A stretch of DNA of 62,516 nt, counting the filler, from Basidioascus undulatus (taxonomy: Eukaryota): the NCBI GenBank assembly GCA_000826855.1. It is 6 parts of 6 records of this genome, joined end to end, with 100 filler letters (N's around TTAATTAATTAA, not from the genome) between each part and the next. Parts side by side here need not be neighbours in the genome. Positions count along the whole stretch, not along the records: positions 20,897 to 31,240 come from JTLS01001142.1; positions 31,341 to 41,672 come from JTLS01001143.1; 4 more parts are not named here. One strand, 5' to 3'. Position numbers and translations under genes: made by a program. The notes below the pieces were generated by a model. That model saw only the letters and a list, made by a program, of their open reading frames with translations, ran no database searches and was not told where the DNA came from. Positions 24,858 to 38,731 of the stretch are shown piece after piece. How positions within the stretch are numbered: position 1 is the stretch's first letter; each line of letters begins with the position of its first letter.

Positions 24858-26990
24858 TCAACCGAAAAGCTCCAGCCAGACCTTGTAGATCATACGCGGG
24901 TGCAGTGCTAACGCTGGAGTAGGCCCAAAAAACAGGCTCCGCACCACGTAAGCGAGAAAAGGATCATATGCGACAGCTGGGTGTCACTCAATGAGATGGT
25001 CGTGGTGGACGACTGGGACACTAGCGACGCACCTTAGTCGCAGCGCTTATGAGCGCCTTGTACCCACGCCTGTTGTAGAACGGAAGAACAAATAGGGGGT
25101 TTAATCAGCTAGGCATGCAGGAAGGAGACGCAGCACAGTGCGCATTGACGCACCGGAAAGCCGCACCATCCTCAAGCGTCGTGCCTTCTTGGGGTTCTGT
25201 ACCTTCCTCGCCGTAGTCGAGCAGACGACGGTGCTTTGTTTGCGAGGAAAGGATTTAAGTAGTCAAATTGAGGGACATCAGTTACACGCACAAGAACGAG
25301 TCACCTCGAATAGTATGAGCGAGAAAAGCCAGCGGGGATGGTATCCTGGACGCTTCACCACACGCTCATTACCCAACCGTTTCCGCAACCTCTTTTCCGA
25401 CCTTCCCCAGCTTGTCGACAACTTCGTCGTCCTCGGCGATTCATTCCAGCGTCTCAATCGTTCGTTCAGACACCGGAACTTTTCCGACCTCCAACGAACT
25501 CTGACTTATTCGCCCACTTGCACTCCCACAGCCAACTTTGGACAGGTAATCCATGTTTGCTCCATCCCACTCAGCGCGGGCCATGCTCTCACGGCATGTT
25601 GCTGACTCGATCGTCTTCCTTCTTCATTCCCACAATCCGCAGTGGTCTCCGCAATTGCTCTTGATGCGCTTCTTATTCTATTCCGGGGCTGATCAGATTG
25701 GGAGGTCCGGAGAATGCTGCAGACACGAGGATTGATCCCGACTTGCCTTAACGTCCGGCTGGTCTTCCAGCAGTCCTTGAACAAGCGCGACAACCTTGGG
25801 ATCGACGGACGTCAAGTCCCGAACGGCGGGCAGGATCCCGCTCGCGATGCAAAGCAACTGTTCGCCTCGGTTGCTGATGTGGAGAGAAACTGCCGACCCA
25901 TGGCCGGTGAGCAAGTGAGCTAGATTGTGACGGTGCAATTGACGTTGACGTACCGCGGTTCCCTTCCTTCTGATAAATTCACAGCGCAGTCAAGTTGGAG
26001 TCCGGGGGTCCCGAAGAAAACAGGCAAGCCTCGCGAAACTGATCGAGCGGCACAGGAAGTGCCCCTTGAACCGCAGCGGAGTCAAGGGAGTAATCCGCCC
26101 GATACTAGTGCAAGCGCATCGTGTACTGCTCCCGACGAGGAGGAGGAAGAACTTGGCGAACAAGGTATTTGACACCTGCCCGAAGGGGGATCCGTTGTCA
26201 GAAATGAGTACAAGAAAGTCGGATGTAGCAGGAACTAACCGGTGCAGGCTGCGCCGGTGCAGTCAACGACGAGAGACGGGGTTGATATCGTTTGCGTAAC
26301 GTTCTCCGTTCGGTACACAACAGCGGAGATGCGTTCCCGCATTCGATCGACTTCGAGCCTGCAGCGTTCCCATAACGAAGCACACGCTCGGGCACTGTCC
26401 TTCGTCAGCCGCCACAAAAGGGTGTCCAAGCTGCTCAGCCAAAGGAAAGTCAGAAGCGAGGCAGATTCTGAAGACGAGTGCAACGAGAAGAGTAGACCAA
26501 CCCAGGTCGGGAGATCTGCAAACGCTCGATAATGACCTTGGGCAAAGGCTGAGGAAGTTGGCGGCCGAGGGCGAAGAAGTTGTCGACGCCGTTCAAGATC
26601 CTGAGCGGTCGGTTCGTCAGCTTTCACCCAGGCACCTGCTGTCCCAGCATATGCAATGCTCAGACGTATGATCTTCCCGCCTTGGCGATCTCCCGGTCGA
26701 AATCGGTGTACATTCTCCTCAGTGCTTCCGGAAGTACACCGGAAAAGACAGATGTTTGCTCGTTAAGTGTGAATAGGGCTGTTGGGCTTATGGGATTGTC
26801 TCGCTTACGGTGACCATAGTCATGACTGAAGTTGGACAGGTTCATGAGCATTTTCCAGTTCAATAGAGTGCAGTATTAGCCAGATGACAACTCACTGGAA
26901 GACCCGAGTCCGGCTTGAACTTCTTCAATTGCACATAGCTTGCGAAGTTGAACATGCATGGGCAAGGACTTTGAGCACCGCAATGGGTAA
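24858..26990 (-). pseudogene. Decayed FAD-dependent oxidoreductase/monooxygenase
   Basis: Ordered fragments RTRVF, LRRMYTDFDREIAKAG, SSLDTLLWRL, SLVVDCTGAA (DG-type motif), DYGEEGTEPQEG, LHPRMIYKVW..stop. Several stops and frameshifts. Family assigned from recalled motif order only. Confidence 0.6.
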
Positions 26991-27006
26991 CAGAACGGTG
27001 GTTGAG

Positions 27007-27079
27007 ATCAGGGGGTTGCAGGTTCGATCCCTGTGTCGGTCAGACCCGGCTGGCTCAATGTTAGAGTATCTGACTACGA
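27007..27079 (+). tRNA. Circularly permuted tRNA-like gene: 3' half (27007-27042) precedes 5' half (27043-27079); anticodon ACG (Arg), Trp-like body; function unknown
   Basis: A-TCAGG-GGGTT-GCAGG-TTCGATC-CCTGT-GTCGGTC-A directly followed by GACCCGGC-TG-GCTC-AATGTTA-GAGT-A-TCTGA-CT-ACG-A. Acceptor and anticodon stems pair across the two halves. Confidence 0.75.
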
Positions 27080-27087
27080 TTTTTTTT
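27080..27087 (+). terminator. T8 tract, candidate Pol III terminator of the permuted tRNA
   Basis: Eight T immediately after position 37 of the 5' half. Confidence 0.5.
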
Positions 27088-28879
27088 GTGTCAGGCAAAT
27101 CTTTTGCTCACCAGCCTGCCAGACGGCAGCCTGAGGCTGGTAGTGGACACTTCCGGGCTGCATGAGCTTTGTGATAACCAACCTCTTTCAACTGTGACAG
27201 TCAGCAAAACGGGATAATACTTGTGAGAATGCAGTCTATTTCCGCTAGCTCAACTCCAGTCAGTGCAATCCCGACGGCGGAGGAAAATCCGCTGTAGCAC
27301 CAAGTAGCACATTGCTGGATGCGCGACGGGGACCGGCAGTCGCTCGCACCACGACGCACTTGCGTCGACCCCACTTTTTCCTTTACTTTTATATTGTCGG
27401 GGGCACTACTCCTAGGTTCTCACCACAAGACTGGCCGACGAAGCAAAGACCGTCGGTCTGACCTATGTGAGTGTGGGCGGGACATGAGCATGAGTGGGCC
27501 GCGGGCCGCATGGCCAGCAGCGACAACATGGCCGGGTTCGGCAGGACGGCTTAATTTACTTTGTACAGAAGGGCGTCCGCTTCAAGGAAATATCAAGGGA
27601 AGCATAATTACCTACAAATCGTGCAGAGCCTGCCAATCTTGACTCTGAGTGAGCCAGGTCAAGGGACGGCCTTCCTCACGCTGCTCCTGGCTGCAATCCT
27701 GTGCAAATAGAATTTTCAAAGGTAACATCGATAGACACACATTAGAGAAGTATGGAGCAAGCCGCAGCTAGGTAAGCATAATGTCGGAAACAGAGGGAAA
27801 AGAGGTTGCGTGACATCTTCTGAAGGCAGCTTCAGGCCGTAGACATCGTAAATATGTCGGTCCAGTTGCGGCTTGCGCATAGCAGTGCAGCAAATTCCTT
27901 CGGTGTGCCTGCTGTGCCTGAGTCCAGGCATCGACGCACACACACCACAACCTCCTTGGCTTTGGTGGTATACGTTTCACATATAGCTGTTTTCGAATCT
28001 TAGATGAAGCGGGGCGAGACACCCATACTTTTGACGGGTGTCGATATACGTAGCATTGGGACGGTGAATTGCCAAGGCTGGTGCCTCAAGACACACTGAG
28101 CAGAGGAAGCAGTGCATGGATCGATATATAAGCACTCCTCAGCGTGTGGCTACATGACGATGATCTACCCAGAGCGACAACTATCCAAGGGGATAAGAGG
28201 GGAATCCATATTGTATTTGATAAGAATGGAGATACTCCGAACTTCAGCAAGAGAGAATGATCTAGTGCCTTTGGTGTAGCGATTCAAGGAATACAAGCTG
28301 CCCATTCTCCCTGTTGTCGAAGTGTCGACTTTTCGGGGTGTTGACTTTTAGGGGTCGAACAGCTCGAGCCGAATCCTTACAAATAGTTTGTCCATTGGCA
28401 GCCGGAATGAGGACGGTCCGTTGGAAAGCATGGGGGGACGTCGGCTTCCGTGGCAAGCCGTTGACTCGGGGTCGAGGCGCTGGTGAAGCCGCCCTCTTCC
28501 ACCACCGCATAGAGATCTTTCTCGTGTGAGAAGCATATCGGAATCTTTGCTTATTTGGAGCGTGCGTTTGCATGTGCTCCATAAAAAATGCGCAAGAAAG
28601 GACGCGCAGATGGGGCAAAGCGAGGCAAGAGGCCACGAGCATGTGAAGCAGCAACCCTTCACTTCGACTTCCCCGCACAAAGCCTCCGGCAAACGGCCTT
28701 CTGCCTGGAACTTCGATCCGTCTCATTGCTCTTCGCCCCTTCGCCTGTCAGACTCAAGCCATCACCTAGACGAATAGACAGCTTTTTCAGACCACTGCTC
28801 TGCCACTCTCCGCGCCTAGCACAGCGGCTCTTGCACCGGGGGATCCGACTGGGATCTGCACGGGCCACGGCGTATCGCG

Positions 28880-31240
28880 ATGAACCGACTACCGTTCAGG
28901 ACTCGGTACGCTTTGCCCCTCCGCTCCGTGCGGGGATCGCTGCACCGCTCACAGCTCATCACCCCCTCGCTCTCTCCCAAATCACAAACACCCCTCTGTC
29001 CCTTGATCTCGCCTCGTCCGCCGGATATCTAGCAAGAAATCTACGCGCGAGACAGGCGAAGCGCCGGCGCCGTCGACACATCCTCCTCCGGGGACGATCC
29101 TCAAGGAAACGACGACGGAGACCGTCCCTGAGCCGCCGCCCACGCTCGACGACGTACTCCCGAGCAATAACGACTTTAGAACGAGCTTGTGAGTGTTGTT
29201 TTCCTTGCGTGGAACGAGGGGGCCGGGGTGTGGGTGGGAGACTGTTGGACCTCTGGGCAGACGGACGCTGACCCTGCTCTGGGTTCCTTGTAGGATCTTC
29301 CCCCAGTTCGTTCATTCCTTCAGTTTAAGCTTCTTGTTCCGAATTCTTACCTCTGCTCTCCCTCCAGCCTGGCTCGCCGCTTCACCCTTCTCCGCTCAGC
29401 CAGCGGCGAGCTCCTGTCCCTGGACACCATGCGTGCGCATCTGCGCCTGCACCAAGACGCCTCGCCGCACGGGAGCGATGCTGCCCTCACCGAGCAGGAG
29501 GAGGAGGACATCATCGAAGCCCTGCGTGAGGCGCGGGCTTTGGAACAGCAAGAGTGTGGCTTCGCTGCGGACGACGAGCAGTCGCCTTCCGCGCACGCGC
29601 GTCCAGCCCGCTTCGGTGTGTCCGGCCGGGATGCGGGCTACATCCGCAGCGTACGCAAAAGCAACGCGAACCGCCCGAGCATCGTGAGCGGCGGCACGAC
29701 GCGAGCGGAGTACGGGCATGGCGAGTTAGAGGAGGTCCTGGTCGAGGGAAGGCGGGAGACGGTTTACGGCGACTCGAGATCTACCACACCTTCCTCTACC
29801 CTATCCCGCTCTTTCACCGCCTCTCAAGACCCCGATCAAGAGCGCCGCCTCTCTCTCGCGCTCTCCCACATCTCATCTCGCATCGCCGCCTCTTCCCCCA
29901 CCCCTTCTTCGCCCGACGCCGACTCGACTGCGACCCCGCGCGCCGGCCACTCTCGGAATGTCTCTACTCTTTCGCGCGACCCGCAGACCAGTCACCTTCG
30001 GAGCGCGTCCGCCGTCTCGGAGGCGGGATCTTTCCGGACTGCGCGAGGCGGGGCCGAGTCGCGCACGGAGTGGCGTCCCGACTCCCGCGCGAGCGTGTCG
30101 TCCGCGGGTCACACGTTCGAGTCGGCCTTGGAGGAGCCGGTGCTGTCGGTAGACGAGGATGAGGAAGATCCTGAGCACCTCGCGTGGCTGCACGAGGACG
30201 TGCCAATCGAGCCTCCCAGCCGCGCGGTGACCGCCTCGCCGACCTCGTCCATCCGCTTACCCGGCTACATACCAGGCCAGATCCGCCCCATCTCCCCCGC
30301 CGTCTCCCGCTCTGACTCGCCCGCGCTGGCGCCGCCGCCGCCGAACGGCAGGGCGCGAGCAGGCAGCAACGCGAGCAGCACCTTCTCCGCGCGGTACCCG
30401 GTCAGGTCCGTCACGCCGAGGGAGCCGGCACCGTTCGCGCCCATCACCGACGACGACGAGACGCCGCCGCCGTCCGCGCTTTGCTACCCTCCTGCACCTC
30501 GCTCGCCGGTGCTCTCCACCCACTCGCACGCCTCATCGGCCTCGTCATACGCTGCGACGACCTTTACGTGCGCACAGCCCGGCGCACCCTACACCCGCTC
30601 CCCGACTTCATACTCCTTCGCCAACCACCTCGCTCCTTCCCCCACTTTGCTCTCCTATACTTCTACCGGCATGCGCCAATCCTCGATCATTTCCCACCAC
30701 TCATCTCAACGCGACCCTGCCTGGCCCGACTCACCCCTCCTCGAAACCTCCGATCCACCGACTCCCACATCGCCTGTCGCCTCCTCCCGCTCACTACGCG
30801 CCTCAACGATCGACCACCCCGCCGAACTCCTCGGTCCTCCCAGCCCAGTTCTCGCGCCGTTCGAGCACGACCCCTCGCCCCTGCTGCCAGCCTTCGAGGA
30901 GCGGCCGCGCCGGCTGTCGGAGGCGGGGTCGTCGTACAAGGACGAGTGGGAGTCGGACGCGTCCCCCTCGGAGTGGGACGAGGGCGACGCGTTCTCGCCT
31001 GAGACGCCCGAGGACGTGCTGGCGCATTACGGGGGACTGGGCAAGGAGGAGGTCCGCGTCGTCATGGACGCGCTGGTGAGAAGGAGGTACGAGGTGGAGC
31101 ACAACCGTTCCGAGCACGAGCACCCGGAGTGGGCGTCGACTTCGGAGCACGAGCATTCAGTTCCGGATGTCGCTTCCTTGAGGGTGAGTGCTGTCGTCCA
31201 TGCGGTGACCATCGTTCCGCCCCTCCCCCCCCCCCCCCCC
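28880..31240 (+). CDS. Hypothetical Ser/Pro-rich protein with an ordered N-terminal block, 3' truncated
   Basis: In-frame splice model MNRLPFRTR/KKSTRE..VLPSNNDFRTSL/IFPH/LARRFTLLRSASGELLSLDTMR..LTEQEEEDIIEAL leading into a 619-aa ORF. The DFRTSL..RRF.LLR block resembles an uncharacterised basidiomycete family as I recall it. Confidence 0.75.
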
Positions 31241-31340
31241 NNNNNNNNNNNNNNNNNNNNNNNNNNNNNNNNNNNNNNNNNNNNTTAATTAATTAANNNN
31301 NNNNNNNNNNNNNNNNNNNNNNNNNNNNNNNNNNNNNNNN
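31241..31340. other. Artificial contig spacer
   Basis: N44-TTAATTAATTAA-N44. Confidence 0.99.
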
Positions 31341-33605
31341 GTCCTCCGTCGCCGTCGCAGCCGGGATGGGCTCCGGAGCGGTCTCGGCGGGTGCGGGCGC
31401 GGCGGCAGCGGCAGAGCCAGGCCAGATCCACTCCTGCACAGCCTTGATCGCGGCGTCCCTGTCGGTCAGCCGCCTACAAGGACGAATGCACGAAGTTTCA
31501 GCAAATGCTTCTCACGAGTCAAAAATTATCTGGAATGGGGTGAACTAAGGACGTACTCGAACCGGGGCTCGTAGTGCTCGCCTGAGCCGTCCTTAACGAG
31601 ACGGAAGTACCGCCCCTCGGGAATCTTGCTGCCGGTTTCTTCTCGACGCTTGCGCTGCGCATCCTCGATCTCCGCCTTCGCCTCCGCCGCCCGCGTCATG
31701 TCCTTCGACTTGATCGCCTTCGTCACCTCCAACCAGAGTCTGCTCCCATTTGGAAAATCAGATGACGCGCGCAACAGGCAGACACGGCTCCGCAGACTGA
31801 AGAACGTACCGCCTAGACTCGAGCGGCTCTTGCTCATCCTCCGGCGCCACAACCTTCGCGATAGGCTTGGACTTGTGCGCGTCGAACAGGACCTCGCTCT
31901 GGCTCGTCTGCGCTCCCGCTCATTGGATCAGCCAATGACTGCCTGTGCGCCCGTTCGCAAAGCCAAGAGCCAACGGACCCTTGCACCCTTGTACTCAATC
32001 TGGTCGCTCCACTTGCCGCCAAACTCGCCGAAGGTGTTGCCGGACTTGTCCTTCGCCTTCCCAGCGATGGCGTTGTAGGTACCAGAGAAGAAACCCTGCA
32101 TGCGGTGTGCTGTAATGAGCCTCTCGGACTGATTGTGTCCACGTAAAGGACGTTCACGCACCTTGACTTTGAAGTCCACATCGCACTCGAACCCGTGCTT
32201 CGCATTCCGCGCCCGGCTCACGTCGCCCAGTTCCAACACCATCTTCCCGAACAGGATCCCCTGACATCCAGCCGAACACGCAAGCAAATTAATTAAAAAT
32301 CACTGGCGCCATACGAAGACGGTCTTACCCGCGCATACATATTCGGCATAGAGATCACGTAGTCTGCCCTCGTTGCGTCCCGGTCAGCGTAAGGCCATGT
32401 CGAGGTTCACGAAGCACACACCTCCGTCCTCCGTGTCCAAAAGGTTAATACGAGACTCTCCGCCCATGTCCGTCATGACGCTGTTGCCCAGGAACTTGGA
32501 CTGGGGCCTGATGGACAGCTCGCACTCAGTCCACGTGCCCTTCTGATCGCGCCCAGTTTCGGATTCGCACGCACCGCAGCTCGCCGATGATGGCAACATT
32601 ATTGGCGGGGGAAAGGTAGTAGTAGGCGGAGATAGGCGGGTGGTGAGAGACTGCGCGCAGTACACGGGTGACACCATCAGCACCTGGACCCGCTCACGTC
32701 CACCACACCACGGCACGCACCCTGCTCAGCGACATAGAAGCCCTCCGAGCCATCCGAGTACTTGTACTTGCACCGGAAGATCTCGCCAAGCACCGGGTTG
32801 TACCTGTCTTGCCAACCGATGACCGATCGCCTCAGTTTCCACAGCCTCCCCCTGCACCTCTCCACAAGCAGAAGAGCACGCACGGCTTCTTCACACCCTT
32901 CGGACGCTCAGCCCAACCACTGAGGAAGTAGTTGATGACGCGGATGAAGCGCTCTTGAGGGTCATTCAATTGGCTCACACTGCTCCTTGTGCGGGAAGGA
33001 TCAGTGACTGCAGTTGATGCAGCGGAAGATGAGACGGCGCACCCGAACAGAAGGTCGGGGTGGGCCATGAAGTCGGTGACGCGCTCGAGCATGCTCCTAG
33101 GCTGTTGAGGTGAACAGTGATATGTGAGCATCTTGAGTCTCATGGCACTTCATGGGCGACGAAGACGGCATACCTCGAGCACGAAGGCAGGGAAGGCGAT
33201 CTGGATGCCTCGCGCGCTCTCAGCATCGCTCGCCTCAGGAAACTCTTCAACCACCCAAAACCACCCACCTTCGAGAGTTCCATGCCAGGCCGGAGTTGTG
33301 ATATGAGCGAGAGGATGAGCTGTCGATACCGGCCCCCGTTGGATCCTCCAGGTCGGCAGCGGTTCCACATCGCCCAGCAGGCCAGCGAGCGACAAGGAGA
33401 AAGCGTACGTTGCCCTCCTTCTCATCCAGCACCTCAGTGTCCTCCTCCGCGGCGCCCTCGGGCACGCGGTCCTCCGCCTTTGCGCTCCTGCCGGTGAGCG
33501 CTGCCGATGCGTTGGCGAGATGACTGCCAAGGCCCCTGTGATTGCGCCCCGTGTCAGCGCGATTGGCGTGAGTGTGTGTTGTTCCGATTACCAAATACCG
33601 GACAT
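31341..33605 (-). CDS. Oxysterol-binding protein family, Osh6/Osh7-like, 3' truncated, multi-exon
   Basis: LISQLRPGMELSK, FVLEPRSMLER, KGVKKPYNPVLGEIFRC, signature AEQVSHHPPISAY, SKFLGNS, MPNMYARGILFGKMVLELGD. First coding exon is 7 nt (ATG 33605). Confidence 0.92.
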
Positions 33606-34267
33606 TGTTGAGTGTGGAAGTGGAAAGATGTATGGGCGAGGAGGGTTGATGGGAGTGAGCGGCGGGAGCTATGGAGGTGAGCAGGTAAGGTGCGAGAGGC
33701 CCCCGAGCGAACGAAATGTCAGTCGGAACTCGACACGGTGACGGAGCGGCGCAGCGTCTCTTCCCTTCGCTTTCAGTTCGATTTGTCAGTCTTGATCTGG
33801 ATCACAGACATGCAACAGTATTTCCAGAATAAATGCAATTTTAGTGAATGTCTGGAGCACGGACTGTACAAGGCACTTGCCATGGTCCAGTTGAAGTGGC
33901 AGTCCCGGCGCCCGGCGTTCGCTCGCTTCGGTCATGGCGATCGATTCGCACGCTGACCCTGGACTACCATAAAGACACGTTCTGTTTGATCCAACGGCAG
34001 TTGCGGTTCGAATTTTCGGTCGTGGCCAAGTGTGGCGTTTAGTCCTCAGGTCTTCCAGGACCAAGCTGCAGTGCACCACAAGGCATTACCGATAAAGCTC
34101 TATGCGGAGACAAGCTACAGTACAAGGCGCAATCCGGAAAGCAAAGAAAACTCGACAAGCACGTGGAAGAAAGGTGAAGGAAAGAGTAAGTGGAGGGACC
34201 AGGGTGGAATGCAGACAAAGAGTAGCAAAGAAGAAGGGTGAAAGTCAAGAGCCAAGAGTGTCTCGGT

Positions 34268-36537
<2,270 letters not shown>

Positions 36538-38731
36538 TATGGAAGTGTTGAGAGAAGAGTGGTAGCGTGCAGTGGGCGAGGAGTTAGGAAAGGACGTCGC
36601 AGACCTCTCGAGCAGGAAATCTCTCAAACTTCTTCACGTGACTGTGAGCGACGGTTGCCGATACCTCGACCTTGCACAGGATCCTGTCGGATGCCGTTGA
36701 CCCACCACTTCTCCCAGACAATATGCTGCATTCAAGTCTATCCGAATGTATCCAGAATCCTGGCCAGCTCAGTTATGGTCAAAGCTCATGTACAGACCGA
36801 GTTCAATAGGGGTTTGACAGGTATGACGGGTTTGATTTCGGCTTCGAGTGAGTTCACAGGATTGTTTCCGCCGACAAGGGTCAAAAGTGCGAACGCCCCT
36901 GCTCCCTCCTCTCTTCCGTACAGTGAACCGCCTCTGTAAGCCTTCATTTGCAAGTCTCTCTGTCTATACACCTGTACTGACCACTACCATTCCGCAGTTA
37001 ATCCCCTGACCCGTGCACTTTTCCACCGGCGAAGGATTCATCAGAGGCGCAGATCAAGTATAACTCGGCGCTTTTCGCTGGCTTTCCGAGCTCTCGGGCT
37101 ATGACGGATTATCAGATAGTAGGTGATCGGACATACCATTTTGTGCAAGCGGGGATTTCCTTTTCAAGGAGGGAGACGTGTTGATGTAGCACTGGGGAGC
37201 ACTGGGGTTGGAGGCGGAGTCTAGGAGAGCGCCGCATCAGTTCGCATGACTCGCTTGCGCACACATTTCGTCTTTTCTTTCAGTCTGCTCCATGGTCTGT
37301 CCTTCTCGAAAGATTTTGCAACACTTGAGGGTGCTGAGCATATAGCTAGCGCTGAATTGCCCTCACCTACTCACGTGGCCTCGGTCGAGCTTAGCTCTCA
37401 AAGTCCTTCGGGGCTGGTCTGGCTAACTTTGCGCTGTCCGACAATGATTCCGATCGACATCGCGGTGTCCAATGAGCGCGCCATGGCTCCGGACGAGCGT
37501 CTGTACCTTTTGAGTGGTTGCCCGTTCTGCCAGCGGTTCACGTCGAGGAATAAGGCGGCTCTGTTTTCGCTTGTCATGAGATGCCGGTTTGTAGCGTCTA
37601 GAGTTTACGGGTGCTTTGGCTGCCTGGCTGCACACCAATGGCGACGACATCTTACGATGTACAATGAATCTAACGCGGCTTCAACTGGCCGGCAATAGAA
37701 GCAATGCGAGGCAAAATGGCGACGAAGACGTTCTAGGCGAACTCACGTCCAGGCAAGACTTCGGCAAGCTTTGCGTCCACAGCGTTGCTAACGAATTCGT
37801 CAAGACGGGGTGCGGGCTTATTATTTCTGGCTGTCGCCAAGTGACAGCCCCTGGCAGCGAGTGGGAAAGTGGATTCCCGTGGAAGTCTCACAGTTCGAAG
37901 CACGCCATTCACCTTGAAATTGCGGTGTCAATTGCCTTGCTGTTTCGCAACTGCGAGCCAAATGCACGCCTCGTCAGCCGTCGACACCACACGCGTCAAA
38001 CGGCCTTTCACTCCTCTCCGACTCGGAGACTGCCATGATAGCCGATGCCGCCTTTGGCTTTGTCTCTCGCGCTTCTGAATCCGAACGACATCGCCCACAA
38101 CTTCTCATCCTGCGCGATCGTCAGACGCCGCGGCGCCCGAATACACGTCCGCGCTGCGCTTGCTCACTGAGTTTGCCTTCAACACATTAATTCATCTTCA
38201 GCATCCGCATAGCCCGCTGCACACGAAGCTTTGTCCCTCCCTCCTCATATTAGCCTCCAGCTTGAGTTCTCGTGCACTCCAGCAGGAGACATCCCCGTCG
38301 GCTATTTGCTTCTCGCCGAAAGTCTACCTACTTTATACTCCGCCTCAGGAGGTGCCGCTGATTGCCAGGCTTTCCGTTCAGTGATCTCCTGTTTCCACTT
38401 CCTCATTTGCGAACGACTGTTTGGTCGGTGTCAGACGCTCCCTGAGACCTGTCCCACCGCTTACCGAGACTCATGCACCATGTGCCCTTCATAACTTGCA
38501 CCAGCCCCCTCAACTCCCTCCTCTTAACTTCCCTTTCTTCCCCTTCACTCTTCTGACCAGCCGCCTTACTCACTCCATCACTGCCTCGCTCTGCATTGCT
38601 CACAAAGACAATCCCACCAGCCCCAGCACGCGTACTCTTGCTCTCACGCCTTCGCTCGCTCGCACGCAGACTGCAGCCCTTTGACTCAGGCTCCAACCGG
38701 TACTTTAGCTTCCTCGCTCTCTTCGCGGCCA

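Noticed and set aside
26941..27006. A normal upstream 5' half plus intron for the tRNA 3' half at 27007
   Set aside because: No A-box/D-arm or complementary acceptor strand upstream; the matching half lies downstream.
27007..27087. Remnant of two ordinary tandem tRNA genes, or a tRNA-derived SINE
   Set aside because: Tandem genes would leave trailer and leader between A73 and G1, and a SINE keeps 5'-to-3' order with an A-rich tail. Disfavoured rather than strictly excluded.
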